Shown here piece after piece: positions 1-14,174 of a stretch of 64,000 nucleotides of DNA. Origin of the DNA: Octopus vulgaris. Its lineage: Eukaryota. The notes beneath the pieces are model-generated. The model saw nothing but the letters and a program-made list of their open reading frames with translations. It ran no database searches and was not told the origin of the DNA. The stretch's first letter is position 1; each line of letters opens with the position of its first letter. Made by a program: the position numbers and the translations under genes. Where the stretch lies: contig OX597835.1 of the NCBI GenBank assembly GCA_951406725.2, positions 20,150,001 through 20,214,000 of the forward strand, written 5' to 3'.

Positions 1-1959
1 TATTCTATTACATATTGATCTTTCTATGCCGACTAATATCCGACGAGGTAAAAGAGCAATAATGATTATAATTTTGCTTTATTGCATACTCCATATAACG
101 TATTTATTACATGTCTGTATATGTGGTTTAAAATAAACAAATATTTGTTGACAGAAATACATAGCATAAATTCCTATGAGCGGTGTGCTGGCAAAGCAGT
201 AACATCAATTTGAGTCAGCGGTGAGAGAGATGGTGAGATAGAAAGCCGGGTAAAACGCTTAGCGATGTTTGTTTTTGCATTCTGAATGAAAATTCGACTG
301 AAACTGGCCTTACATTTCATTCTTTAGAGGTTAAAGATATAAGAACCAGTTGAGCAACGGGGTTGATCTCATCGAATAGTCCCCTGTCCTGAAATTTCAG
401 GACTTATTCATATACTAGAAAGGATAATGTATGCCCGACTTCATTCAATTTTGATCCTGAGGGGTTTGTCTGAACAGTGTTGATGTAGTAATCAATTTGT
501 CCATAACAGAATAGGAATAGATACTGTAGAGCATCAAAGGATCAGTGCCTTTCCGAAATCCTCATCGGATAGAGGACATTGCCACGCCTGTCTTATTTTT
601 CCCCCCAACCAAAAGCACAGCCATTTCATTTGTTGTTGGCATATTAAACCACCATGTTGACCAGCTGGTTTCTTATCTGACCTTGTATGTCCTGATGCCA
701 AGTGGAATTGTTTCAAGTGTAGTCTTGAAGGTTCTGATCAGGTTCTTGTTGTTCAGCATCTTTTGCAGAGGTACAACACTCTTCATCCTGATGCCAGAAA
801 TCTTCTTGTACTTCTCTTGCCCTTCTTGTTCAGAATCTTTTTGATACGAAAATAATTTAATTCCGACGATGCCATAAAAGAGGCCTGCCATAATTTTGCA
901 TATATATATATATATCTATATATATATATACACATACATACATACATACATACATACATACATACACATATATATATGTATGTATGTTTGTATGTATGTA
1001 GTCAAGATGACTCCTGTGCTCGCTCACGTGATTTTTTATATAAGTCTTAATCATCTGCATCCATCTATGTATGCGTGTGTAATTGTGATTCCCATATCAA
1101 ACATCTATATCTATGTGTGTATCTAACTGTCTCTACATTTCTAGTCCTCTTTCCATCCTCCTCCTCCTACTACTACTACACACCCACACACACAGATACG
1201 CACGCACACATACGTATGTATGAATTCACCTGAATGTATGTATATGTTTGTGTATGCGCCTAATTTTATATGCACAATCATATGTAATGTATATACCAAA
1301 ATACCCAATTTCTAGATATCCATATAGATGCTGGTGTGTACACAGGCACATGAATATATACTCATAAATATTTGTGATTGTGTGCGTGCGTGTCTGAGTG
1401 CATGTGTGCCAAATTGCTACAACATCAGTCAAACTTATGTTGACTTATGTTTGACCTGATGTGGCCTCAAATACTTTCGCAGAAGCCACAGTCCGTAGAG
1501 GTCAGAGGTTATTTAGAACTCAATAATAACACGTTCATTATTTAAACCAACTAATTCCAAATTTCTTTAAATCATTCCGACTTTACTTGATCTACTATTT
1601 ATTAAATTGCACAAATTTCAACGTTCGTGAAATCGTAATAGAGCTTCCTAATTCAAATCACTTTACAATAATTGTTCGTGTAAATATTTTCACTTCCGAA
1701 TTCAAATCACTTACAACTAGTTTGCCAGATATGTTATCGAAATGCTTTTATTTTTTATTTTTGCCAATTCAGAATAATTTTTTTTTTATGTGTTTGCATT
1801 TTTTTTTCACCATACTTTCTCTCTTATCTTTCACCAGTATCATTTAATGGAGTCGGATATGCTGTGGTCCTTCCTTAAAAGTTTAATCGAACAAATCCAC
1901 CCCATCAGTTAAGTGTTTAGAATCGTACTTCTTCTGTCGGCTAATTTTGCAGAAAACCT

Positions 1960-3300
1960 ATGTGTGTGTATGGTGGGTATTTTGAGAATGAGCTTATATG
2001 CTATGAATAAAAGCAAAAGTATCGTCACTCTGTAAGTAAGCTATTCATTTCGCTCTGCTCCTTCATTGAAATTGAAACTGAGAGGAAACTGATTACTTTC
2101 GACTCCTTTTTCTCTCCTTATGAAAGAAGTCTAGTCTCGTTCTCTGTTCAAAGTAATATAGATATACTAGCAGTATCCCCCGACGTTGCTCGGGTTTGTA
2201 AGGGAAATAACTATATAAGTATTTTTAGAGAGTTATAGCCAAAAAATAGCAAAAAAATACATTAAAAATGGAAAAAAAATTAATGGTAAATTTTTTTTTT
2301 TAAATCGTTGACTCATCGTAGACATTTTTAGAGAGTTACTTCCCTTATATAATAGCGAAAAAAATGCATTAAAATGAAAAAAATGATGGTAAATTATTTT
2401 TTTAAATCGTGGACTCATCGTAGACATTTTTGGAGAGTTATGTGCATTAAAATGAAAAAAATGGTAAATTATTTTTTAAATTGTAGACTCATCGTAGACG
2501 CACGGTAATACCCAGAAGGGCTCGATATGAATCACGACTATAAGATACCCGGTTTTGGTTAAACTGCACCGCAAAATGTGGGAGTAGTTAGGAATCTAAA
2601 TCGTAGGAGACAGACACACAACCTCACTTTTATATATAAACACTAGCAGTATCACCAGGCTTTGCTCGGGTTTGTTAAGGGAAATAACTATATAAGCATT
2701 TTTAGAGAGTTACTTCCTTTATAGATGCCAATTCGGGCTTTCTTAGCCATTTCTGTTTTGGTGTCTTCAAGTCATGAAGTCGTTGTTCTAAAAGAACGCT
2801 GGTCTCCTTGACAACGCATTACGACGTTGATTTCCTTAAACACCCTTCCCCACAGCTTCACGAGGGAGGGAAGAAGGGGGAGAAGCAAACACAGGTGCAG
2901 GTGTTTGAGCGTGGACGCCAACTTCGCCCCCATCGACACACGAAAAATTATGCATTAAAATGGAATAAAAAATTGTTAAATTATTTTTTAAATCGTAGAC
3001 TCATCGTAGACGCGCGCTAATAGCCAGACGGGCTCGATATTAATCACGACTATAAGATACCCTGTTTTGGTTAAACTGCACCGCAAAATGTGGGAGGAGT
3101 TAGGAATCTAAATCGTAGGAGACAGACACACAACTTCTCTTTTATATATAAAGATATCTCATAATGTCTTATCGAACATACTGTGGTCAACGGCCATCAA
3201 CTTTTCCTTGTCGCTTATCAGCAGGTTAGCTCTGTTCTCGTCTACCTTGACGTCTAGCTTGATTGTATACTCCAGTCATATGCATTGGATGATTCTATGT
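1960..3300. mobile_element. Interspersed repeat (second copy at ~7440-7700 in opposite orientation) split by Helitron-like insertions
   Basis: 2010-2166 and 3153-3230 are together the reverse complement of the contiguous 7450-7685. Confidence 0.6.
2167..3155 (+). mobile_element. Two tandem non-autonomous Helitron/Helentron-like (Lep1/HINE-like) elements (2167-2640, 2642-3155)
   Basis: Both start ACTAGCAGTATC..C.G.CGTTGCTCGGGTTTG (subterminal hairpin) and end GACAGACACACAAC..C.CTTTTATATATAAA. They share an internal block, and no TSD is evident. Confidence 0.55.
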
Positions 3301-4716
3301 AAGCATTTCAACTCCACTACATCACTTATTTCATTAAAGGTGGAAAGGAAATATATTTAAAAGCATATATCAAAATTAATCGATCTACTATCTTCATGCG
3401 AGAAATCTTTGTGAAATAAGCCCTATTAGAACAAAATATCTATCCTGGCTTGTAGACCATCAACAAAACTAGTAATGTTTAACTGTAATAGGCATAAATG
3501 CTATTGCCAAATTGTAAAAAAAAGAAAAAGAAAACAAAAAAGAAAAAACTTTCCCCCAGTCCTAAAGGATTTAAAACTACTTAAAAGGTTAATAGCCATT
3601 TCGATGAGTTTGTAAGTGTTCACGTATTCATTCAAGATGAATTTATCTTAAAGCAATAGATAATTCGTTGAGATCTAAGAATTAAACTATATCCTCTCAT
3701 ATTCATTGAGGAGATGAGACTAGTCAGCAATATACAATTAATGCAATGTGAGAATCAGAAAAATACGATTACCTCTGGAGAATCAAGTGAATATTGAAAA
3801 TTGTATACTATGAATAAGAGAAATATGCAAGCCGTCTCAGATGGCTTGCATATACAATATTATAAATATGGGTTTACGTGATATGAAATTGTTATAAAAC
3901 AAGAATGCAATTATTGTTATTTTTAGTCATCAAATCAAAGGTGATATTCAATGGATATATTTAACTCTGTACACACAGAGGCTATGGAAAACTGAGAGAG
4001 AGTGAGAGAGAGGGAGAGAGAGAGAGTGAGTGTTCTGTTACAAAGTATCGATATTGGGCTTAGAAACAGGTTAGATGTAAGAAGATAATTAGATCAGTGT
4101 AGTAAATGCGTTTAAAGTAAACAGAAAAAATTAGCACAAGGAATCCAACAGAAGGAAGATAATTCCACGCTAATAAGATCATGACACTTTACAAGAAACC
4201 AAGCATACAATTCTGTCGGAATTCCCAAATATAAAAATCCTGGAGTGAAAAATGCTCTAAGCCAGGACAAATGAAAGGTGGAATGAAAGCAAAACAATGG
4301 CTTTAAAACCAAGGAAGAATGGTCTTGTTTATCTGCAAAAAAATCGGTGTCCAGATTATAGTCCAAGAGAATGAATAGATCAAGCCCATATGATTACTAA
4401 GGCCTTACTAAAATTGATGTACTTTGATCAATGTTTTTTTTTTTTTGTTCAGGTCAACACATCATCTGCTGTCGAGAAGAAAATAGTGTAAGACCAAGTA
4501 TATCGTGGTTAGAATTGGCAGGATGAATGTGATGGACAGAAAGACGCTATCAATTCTAACTGGAGCTGTTGGTTTGCTAAAACCTAAGAACAAAATCATA
4601 GACGGTCACTATTAACCAATTCCGAAACTAGCTACGTGAGCCACGTGCTAGACACTTACAGACACTTAACAATAGAGGAGACTTCTACTATTAGACACTT
4701 GCACATTTATACTACA

Positions 4717-5092
4717 ACTAGCAGTATCGCACGGCGTTGCTCGGGTTTGTAAGGGAAATAACTCTAAAGCATTTTTAGAGAGTTATAGCCAAAAAATGGG
4801 GAAAGAATGATGGTATTTTTTTTTTTTGAGAGTTAAAAGGGTCGAGTTGCGTCCCCTAGACAGTCTGTGGTTTGTGTTTCCGATTCTCAACCCCATGTCG
4901 AGTTTATCGATTTTTTCAGAACTGGGGGAACTTTTCAAAATTTTCGCTGCGTTAGTTTTGAATTATGACATTGGGCTATGTGTGTGTCAAGTTTCATCAG
5001 AATCGGTTGAAAGCCGTGGTCAGGGTGAGGGTACAACCTAACAGACACACAGACACGCAGACAGACAAACTGCCGTTTATATAGAGAGAGAT
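4717..5092 (+). mobile_element. Helitron-like non-autonomous element, same family
   Basis: Same ACTAGCAGTATCGC..GGCGTTGCTCGGGTTTGTAAGGGAAATAACT 5' end and ACAGAC-rich/TTTATATAGA 3' end. Confidence 0.5.
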
Positions 5093-5409
5093 TGTATCTC
5101 TGAAACGTTTGTATAATATTTAAAACGCATAACTTGCGCAACAAAAATCACGTAATACGTACTAAGAATATATATATTTTTTAAATGCGCAGGAAACATT
5201 GCACGATATCTCAGAACTCACGAAAAGGATATGATATTCTGTAACAATTCTTAGCCGAAACAACATGAACCACTGAAAACAAATGCAAAACAGAAAACCT
5301 GTACATTCTTCTCAGATACAACATAACTCACACCGAAAATAACGAATGCTAACTCGATCACACAAAGTAGAAAGGTAAGTGATTCTATACAAGAAACAGA
5401 AGAAACGAA

Positions 5410-5815
5410 AATATATATTTCTTTACTGCCCGAAAGGGGCTAAACATAGAGGGGACAAACAAGGACAAAGGAATCACAATGACCCCAGTTGCAACACTGG
5501 TACTTTATTTATCGACTCCGAAGGATGAAAGGCAAAGTCGACCTCGGCGGAATTTGAACTCACAACATAACGACAGACGAAATACCTATTTCTTTATTAC
5601 TCACAAGGGGCTAAACACAGAGGGGACAAACAAGGACAGACATAGGTATTAAGTCGATTACATCGATCCCAGTGCGTAACTGGTACTTAATTTATCGACC
5701 CCGAAAGGATGAAAGGCAAAGTCGACCTCGGCGGAATTTGAACTCAGAACATAACGACAGACGAAATACCGCTAAGCATTTCGCCCGACGCGCTAACGTT
5801 TCTGCCAGCTCGCCA
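5410..5815 (-). mobile_element. SINE family C, tandem partial plus full copy
   Basis: Reverse complement of the GGCGAGCTGGCAGAAACGTTAG...GAGTTCAAATTCCGCCGAGGTCGACTTTGCCTTTCATCCTTTCGGGGTCG consensus seen many times in the window. Confidence 0.85.
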
Positions 5816-6024
5816 ACGAAAATATAGCTTTGCTAGAACGAGTCTGGAATTACTTGTTCCTGCTACGCAAGCAAGAGATGAAGCTTCACTATCAGATCAG
5901 ATAGTAAAACCCTGATTCTCATATAACTTAGTGATCCGGTTCTCTTTATAACACACATCATTTCCATGGGATTAACTAAAACCATATTAGAGCATATATT
6001 TATAATCTTTCAAACACACTCATA

Positions 6025-6459
6025 GGCGCAGGAGTGGCTGTGTGGTAAGTAGCTTGCTAGCCAACCACATGGTTCCGGGTTCAGTCCCACTGCGTGGCAA
6101 CTTGGGCAAGTGTCTTCTACTATAGCATTGGGCTGATCAATGCCTTGTGAGTGGATTTGGTAGACGGAAGCTGAAAGAAGCCTGTCGTATATATGTATAT
6201 GTATATATATATATGTATGTATGTGTGTGTATATGTTTGTGTCTGTGTTTGTCCCCATAGCATTGCTTGACAACCGATGCTGGTGTGTTTGTGTTCCCGT
6301 CACTTAGTGGGTCGGCAAAAGAGACCGATAGAATAAGTACTGGGCTTACAATAGAATAAGTTCCGGGGTCGAGTTGCTCAATTAAAGGCGGTGCTCCAGC
6401 ATGGCCGCAGTCAAATGACTGAAACAAGTAAAAGAGTAAAAGAGTAAAAGAGTAAGAGT
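6025..6459 (+). mobile_element. SINE family A (tRNA-derived), full length
   Basis: A box TGGCTGTGTGG, B-box-like GGTTCAGTCCC, internal (TA/TG)n tract, 3' CAGTCAAATGACTG hairpin and (AAAGAGT)n tail. More than 10 related copies in the window. Confidence 0.9.
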
Positions 6460-6872
6460 ACTCAATACTGCGCGACAACTTGAGCAAGTGACCTTCTTAA
6501 TCTCCAACCGAAAAGCGTTTTGTAAATGAAAATTATAAAAACCCGTCGTATTTTTGTGCAGTTGATGCGTGTAGGTGCGTTTTTACATTTGTAATTCACC
6601 CACCCCCACTCCAACGCATGGCAACTGTTCTCGTACCTGTAAATATACATTCACTAGTTCATTAGTGCCAGAAAATATCTCCCAGAAGTGAATATATGCA
6701 TTTCATTTCATTTTCGATTTTGTTTTCGAAGAATTCGCCAATCTTTGCAGGTGTGTGTATTCCATAAAGCTTTGGTCATTTCTTTTCCTGATATGGCAAA
6801 GTAAACTTGCAAGCCATCTTAAGTGTTTTCTTTCCGAATGAATTTTATTCGCTGAACATCTACACGGTGTTG

Positions 6873-7254
6873 AGTGGAGGCGCAATGGCCCAGTGGTTAG
6901 GGCAGCGGACTCGCGGTCATAGGATCGCGGTTTCGATTCCCAGACCGGGCGTTATGAGTGTTTATTGAGCGAAAACACCTAAAAGCTCCACCAGGCTCTG
7001 GCAGGGGATGGTGGTGATCCCTGCTGTACTCTTTCACCACAACTTTCTCTCATTCTTACTTCCTGTTTCTGTTGTACCTGTATTTCAAAGGGCCGGCCTT
7101 GTCACTCTCTGTGTCACGCTGAATATCCCCGAGAACTACGTTAAGGGTGCACGTGTCTGTGGAGTGCTCAGCGACTTACACGTTAATTTCACGAGCAGGC
7201 TGTTCCGTTGATTCGGATCAACCGGAACCCTCATCGTCGTTACCGACAGAGTGA
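6873..7254 (+). mobile_element. SINE family B (tRNA-derived), full length
   Basis: A box TGGCCCAGTGG, B box GTTTCGATTCC, flanked by the 12-bp direct repeat ACACGGTGTTGA. Confidence 0.9.
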
Positions 7255-7736
7255 TAAAAGAGACACGGTGTTGAATACATTCGTTTCTTATTGAGTCCCA
7301 ACGTGTTGAATTTTCGTTTAAAGAAGTGGCTCGACCAGTTTTATATGATCTTTTACTAATGGTCTGTTTTGAAAATTGTTTGATAAACAAAGAACAAGCG
7401 GTCAAGAATTTCCAGTGTTCGTAGGTCAACTCGTGCACTGACACAATCTCAGCTGACCTGCTGATAAGCGAGAAGGAAAAGTTGATGGTCGTTGGAAACA
7501 ATATGTTAGATAAGACATTATGAGATATATATCTATATTACTTTGAACGGAGAACGAGATTATACCTCTTTCATGAGGAGAGAAATATGAATCGAAAGTA
7601 ATCAGGTTCCTCTCAGTTTCAATTTCAACGAAGGAGCAGAGCGAAATAAATAGCTTACTTACAGAGTGATGATGCTTTTGCTTTTAGACAGTTTTGAAAG
7701 CCCATAGAAAATGCGAAACTTTTTATTATTGTTTTA

Positions 7737-7960
7737 ATCTTTTTTGTTTCAGTCATTTGACAGCGGCCATGGTGGAGCACCGCCTTTAATCGAGCAACTC
7801 GACCCCGGGACTTATTCTTTTGTAAGCCCAGTACTTATTCTATCGGTCTCTTTTTGCCGAACCGCTAAGTAACGGAGACATAAACACACCAGCATCGGTT
7901 GTCAAGCAATGCTATGTGGTTGGTTAGCAAGCTACTTACCACACAGCCACTCCTGCGCCT
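7737..7960 (-). mobile_element. SINE family A, internally deleted
   Basis: 3' tail joined to a 5' head fragment of family A. Confidence 0.8.
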
Positions 7961-8339
7961 GAAATTTGTGGATCTGTATAAAGGACACACAGATACGCAG
8001 ACATTTTGCCGTTTAAAGATGAACTGAGGATGAGAGATGGCAGTATCTTTAGTACGCTTGGCAAAATGCTTAGCTGCATTTCATCCATTCTTACGTTCTG
8101 AGTTCAAATTGCATCGGGAGTATCTCTGCCTTTTATCCTTTCGGGACCCATAGATGAATTTCCTATTGAGCACTGGAACCGTTGTAATTCCGTGGAAATT
8201 ACTGAACTTTAGCAAAAATGTTAAAATAATATTTAAACAAAAGGGATAGAAGCCACAAAAAATGGGCTTCGTCAACACCAAACATAGAATTCTTTATGCA
8301 TTAGATATAAAACAGACTCGGGCACGCATACACACATAT

Positions 8340-8900
8340 AAATCCTTAAATCCTTTAAAATGTTTTAGCCCGAAGGCCGCGGCCATGCTGGGGCACCACC
8401 GCTGAATGAGCTACACTAATATGTGAATCCACCTCTGATAAGTGGCACTTGATCAACAAGGGAGTTCGATGCTGCTACCCGCATCTGCGTCTCCTGTCGT
8501 GAGGTAGGTTCATCTGGGACTCCCGACAAGAAGAGATCCAGTTTAGTTTTAAAGAAACCCACATCCACACCATGTAAGTCTCTCAGGCATTTAGGGAAGA
8601 TGTTAAAGAGCTGTGGTCCTCTGAAACCCAAGCTGTTGCAGTATCTAGTCCTGTATTTTGATGGTGATGTTGGAATCTTTTGGTACCATGCAGTGGCGCC
8701 CCGTTTTGCGGTTGGGGTAACTTTGAATGCCAAAGTTTGGGACAAGACCCTCCAGGATTTTCCAGATGTATATCACCGCATATCTCTCTCGCCTCCGCTC
8801 TAGGGAGAAGAGGTTTAATACTTTCAGTCTTTCCCAGTAGCAGATATTTTGCATTGAGACGATCTTCTTTGTGTAGCTTCTCTGAATTGCTTCAAGTTCT
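8340..8900 (-). pseudogene. 3' end of a CR1/L2-group (Crack-like) LINE ORF2 plus 3' UTR, frameshifted and 5'-truncated
   Basis: YWERLKVLNLFSLERRRERYAVIYIWKILEGLVPN and RGPQLFNIFP...FKTKLDLFLSGVPDEP resemble C-terminal ORF2 motifs of CR1-group LINEs. Ends in a short (AAGGATTT)2 tail. Confidence 0.75.
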
Positions 8901-9519
8901 GCTGTTAGTTTTATATATGTGTGAGTCTGTATAAATTAATTTAATTAATTAATAATTAATTGTAATTATGTACGTGTGTGTGTCCAATATAAATTTCGAG
9001 TATATCTTGTGAAATGTGCTGAAAAAGCATTGTATTAGTATAGAACATTCAGAGCAATTATCAGCTTCCAATACAACAGAATTTTTATTTAAAGCTATCT
9101 GTAAATTATACTCTCCGAAACGACACTATTATATTTAACTATACCATACGCAGTTCAATATCCCATTATATTAAGCAAGTCCTATCCGTAACAAAAGACG
9201 ATCGTTATCCATTTGAAGCTATTTTCGTTGAAGATTTTACGTTGCCTCAGGGAACATTGTCGAGGAGTCCTTTGTAATCTGTCTTACAATGTTTAATATT
9301 TAATTGGAATTCACAGATGTGTTCACTGAATAATATGACTGAAAAATATAAATGAAAATAAAGGAGAAAAACAGAATTTTTATTAGTCAAGTCTGCGATA
9401 CTCGCATATGCGTGTTTCGTATGTGCAAGTGCGATGAGTTAGTATATGTATGTGTGTGTGTGCCTCTGTGCGTGTGTCTGTCTGCATGCACATATATATA
9501 TATATAAATATATACATAC

Positions 9520-9567
<48 letters not shown>

Positions 9568-9604
9568 ATATTTATATATATACAAACATATGTATATATG
9601 TATG

Positions 9605-9662
<58 letters not shown>

Positions 9663-9675
9663 TATGTACGTATGT

Positions 9676-9720
<45 letters not shown>

Positions 9721-10607
9721 TATATATGTACGTATGTAGATATATATATATATATACGCATGCATGAATATCTGCGTAGTTTATGTGTATAATACGTCCT
9801 TGTATGTATACATAAACTACTTATACATGCATATATACATATATACATAGACACACACCCATATATATATATATATAAGTATGTATATATTTATAAACAT
9901 AAAGACAAATAAATGTAGAAATATATATATAGAATATATATATAGAAATGTCTAACATACACGCACACTTAATTGACGTATAAAAACATACATCTAGTTC
10001 ATACTGCATCAGAGACCGACATGCATACACACCCGTATGTATTTGCGTGAATGGAGTCGATTTCAAAATTAGGAGATAAAATTAAATTTTAGTGATAAAT
10101 TTAACAACATAATTAACGCTGAGAATTAAGAATTAATGAGTAAAACATTAAAAATAATGATATTGCGAAAATTAAAGAAAAAAAGAATATATGTATACTT
10201 ACAATGAAATGTAATTAATATTGACAATTAACAAAACATTTGAAAAATATTAGAACTATAGGAGAATATGACAGGAATTGCAAAATACCGAAACCAGACA
10301 TGTTCTGTGTGGAAGCTTATAAAAGAAGGTGAAAGTATATTTATGTAAAACATAACATCCATTGAAATTCTTATAAGCTTGTACCTTTCGCACAAATTGA
10401 TGTTTTTCATGTTACCGATTGTTAATAACCATTGTTCAGCTTAGACCCATGAAGTCTGGGAATTCGCCACCGAGGAAAGAACATCATATCGAAACATCAT
10501 GGCTAATTATACAATACAGCATTGTAGGCAAAGCTCTGCGATTTTAACGTACACAACTCTGTTCTTGGAGGAATTTTCCGTAACAAAATATTACAACTCG
10601 TACCATT

Positions 10608-10810
10608 CTCTCTTTCTCTTTTACTTGTTTCAGTCATTTGACTGCGGCCATGCTGGAGAAACCGCCTTTTTAGTCGAGCAAATCGACCCCAGGACTTATT
10701 CTTTGTAAGCCTAGTACTTATCCAATCGGTCTCTTTTGCCGAACCGCTAAGTAACGGGGACGTAAACACACCAGCATCGGTTGTCAAGCGATGTTGGGGA
10801 GACAAACACA

Positions 10811-10889
<79 letters not shown>

Positions 10890-11051
10890 GACAGGCTTCT
10901 TTCAGTTTCCATCTACCAAATCCACTCACAAGGCTTTGGTCGGCCCGAGGCTATAGTAGAAGACCCTTGGCCAAGGTGCCACGCAGTGGGATTGAACCCG
11001 GAACTGTGTGGTTGGTAACCAAGCTACCTACCACACAGCCACTCCTGCGCC
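10608..11051 (-). mobile_element. SINE family A, full length
   Basis: Reverse complement of 6025-6459. Confidence 0.9.
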
Positions 11052-11487
11052 CATTGTATGTATATAGACTAAACACATTTACTAAAATATATTACTCTGT
11101 ATAAGTAAAATATATTGGTGATTATTATTGTTTCATTTAAATAAGAGTACTGAAATATTTATGATATTTTTAAAATGTCTTTATATTTCTTGATGATGTT
11201 AATAAATTCACTAATGTTATGCGTGTGCAATAGGAATATGCTAAAAGATGTCGAAACGCATCGCAATAATCTTGGACTGATGCGATCCTCTTTTAGTTAT
11301 TATATAAAAGCTGGAATCCTTTGGCGTTGAATGGTTATCTCTTCTACTTATGAATTCTATCCCTACTTCAAGCAGATTTAGACAACAGTGTCGTGTTTCT
11401 ATATTCTGTATGTCGAGAGAACACCTTTGCTGAAAAAAAGAGCATGTCTTAGATATAAAGTGGTTTATTATTCTATCTTTATTCAGA

Positions 11488-11650
11488 TGGTGGAATGGTT
11501 GTGTGGTATGAAGTTTGCTTCCCACCCACAGGGTTCTGGGTTCAGTCCTACTGCGTGTCACCTTAGACAAGTGTTTTGTACTATAGCCTCGGACTGACCA
11601 AAGCCTTTTGAGTGGATGTAGTAACTAGAAACCGAAAGAAGCCCGCCATG

Positions 11651-11688
<38 letters not shown>

Positions 11689-12090
11689 AAGGGAAAGTTT
11701 ACGAAAATAAACAAAAGACGAAGGCAGGTGGTGTACAAACAAACAGATGTATTAGTATAGAGCTCAGGAATAGAAAAAAATAATTCACGTTTCCAGCCTA
11801 CGCTCTTTTACAGAAAGACACACAGAAAAAACATTTGTGTAGTAGCTAACGATATATATATATATATATATATACTAGTTGATAAATTTATATATACATT
11901 TGTATGTATTTTTTGTGTTTGTGCTTGTCTCCCCACTATCACTTGACAACTAATATTGGTGTGTATAAGTACCCCGTAATATAGTGGTTCGGCAAAAGAG
12001 ACTGATAGAATAAGTACTAGGCTTACAATGAATACGTGCTGGGGCCGATTCGTTCGACTCAATATGGTGCACCATCATGGCCACATACTG
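11488..12090 (+). mobile_element. SINE family A, diverged, with a Penelope-type terminal-repeat fragment (~11690-11850) in its TA tract
   Basis: Head and tail align to family A. The insert resembles the reverse complement of 23025-23090. Confidence 0.65.
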
Positions 12091-13557
12091 ACAAAAAAGC
12101 AAAATAGTTACAGTTAACAATGAAATACTTGGGTTTATTTTTGCTTTTTGTTTTTTATTTTTTCTGTATCATGAAAGGTAGACATTAGACTCGATATGCT
12201 AGTGCTGTAGCATTATGGCGTTGGAGTTGACGACAAGAAATCGTGGATGTTAGAATTACTCGGAGATGGGAACTAAGACATCTTTGTGTATACGTGTGTA
12301 CCATATGTTTGACTGGTATAAATAGCTTATCTTTAAATCTTTGTCTAAATCTCCCTGTAATATTTGTTGACGTATTAGAGTTATTTCTCCTTGCTGGAAA
12401 GTGCTTATGTATTAGATTCACCTCCTGTACTGCATGAGAAACGGCATTTTAACAAAATTAGGTTTAAACCTAATGATTTCCCTTCTATTTATATCACTGA
12501 ATTGTCTTGCATTGTTGCAAATATTGTATAATGGCTTATAATTCACTCTGCTCAAACTATAATAAATAACACGGTGTTAGTCACTACGAATACATTTGAT
12601 GGCTGCGAATGCATTTCCTAATATTCGTTTCAAAGTTTTGTAGTAGACCAGCAGTGGTTAGGGAAGGTACAAGTCGATTACATTGATTCTAGTGCCCAAA
12701 TGTTACATATTTAATCGACTTATATTTGTATGTGCTTTTATCATTAATTAATAAATAATATTAGGGTAGGAAAAAAAATCTTAGAAAAATTCTCCGCTAC
12801 CCTAAGATTTATTAATTTTTTTTTTTTTGCTACCCTAAAATTTTTTTCCAGAATTTTTCTAAAATTTTTTTTTTTTGTACCCTAATTAATGATATATTCG
12901 TATGTGAGTACGTATGCGCGTGCATGCTTGTATTTGTATATGTGTATGTGTGTGGGGGGGAGGGGGGGTTCGAGCATCAGTATGTATATAGATGTATATG
13001 CCTGTGAGAGATTATGTATATGTATATATGGGTGTGTATGTATGTAGATGTATATAGATCGGTGTATGTGTACAAGTTTATGAACTGAATGACCGGTGAA
13101 TTCTTGCAGGTCAGCCAAGGAGAATGACAAGTGTAACCAACCATGAAGGATAAATCAGCAGTACAAAGAAACAGAATGACATTCCTATTCATATGGACCT
13201 CAGTAATTACCTTCCATAGTATACCCACCTCACTATTCCCTCAATACATTTAAGGCTGTTTTATCAACAGACTTTCAACCACAGCACATTTTTTGATACC
13301 CTTAGTGGTTACTACTATCTAGCAAGCCACAACAGACACAAAGGACGCGATCGAAGCTGAGAATTGCAATTTACGGAACACAGAAACAATATTTATTATA
13401 TATCACCTGAGGAACACACAAGATCTCATAGCTGCGATCCTGGAGAAGTAGGTTGCGTGGAAACAATTGAAGTGGTTACAAATAAATGTTCCTCTGCACT
13501 TCTTGTTGACTCCAACTTATTCAATTATATATATATATATATATATATATACATACT

Positions 13558-13930
13558 GGCGCAGGAGCGGCTGTGTGATAAGTAGCTTGCTTACCAGCTA
13601 CATGGTTCTGGGTTAGATCCCACTGCGTGGCAACTTGCCTCGGGCCGACCAAAGCCGTGTGAGTGGATTTGTTAGGCGGACACTGAAAAAAGCGCGTCGT
13701 TAGTACATATATGTGTGTGTGAGTGTGTGTATGTTAGTGTCTCTGTTCCTCCCACCCCACCAAGGCTTGACAAACGATGCTGGTGTGTTTGCGTTCCCGT
13801 AAACTACCCGCTCAGTGAAAGAGACTAATTGAATAAATACTAGGCTTAACAAAGAATAAGCCCTGTGGTCGATTTATTCTACCAAAGGCGATGATTCAGC
13901 ATGGTCGCAGACAAATGACTGAAACAAAAA
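13558..13930 (+). mobile_element. SINE family A, diverged
   Basis: Alignable head, body and tail. Confidence 0.8.
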
Positions 13931-14134
13931 TAATAAACGAAATACATATGTCCTGTACTCTATTTTTCTGTTGTAAAAAAAATGTTTTTTCCGTTTTCGT
14001 TTCTCGTTGAGTTCTACGTCTAGTTGTGGTGTCCTGTACTCACGTTTATATATATTTATATATGCATGTATATATACATGTAGATGTAGCTACGTACATA
14101 TATGTTTGTATGTATGCATATATATTATTTATTA

Positions 14135-14174
<40 letters not shown>

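Noticed and set aside
440-891. Coding-looking stretch with short ORFs
   Set aside because: No motif I can recognise. Possibly a decayed transposon, but not supportable without a search.
6025-6100. tRNA genes at SINE heads
   Set aside because: A and B boxes are present, but I see no complete cloverleaf and each continues into a SINE body.
9387-9854. Long YI/HT/CV-rich, poly-I/L, poly-F/K and poly-N ORFs here and throughout the window
   Set aside because: These are translations of (TA)n, (CA)n, (TAA)n and (TTC)n microsatellites.
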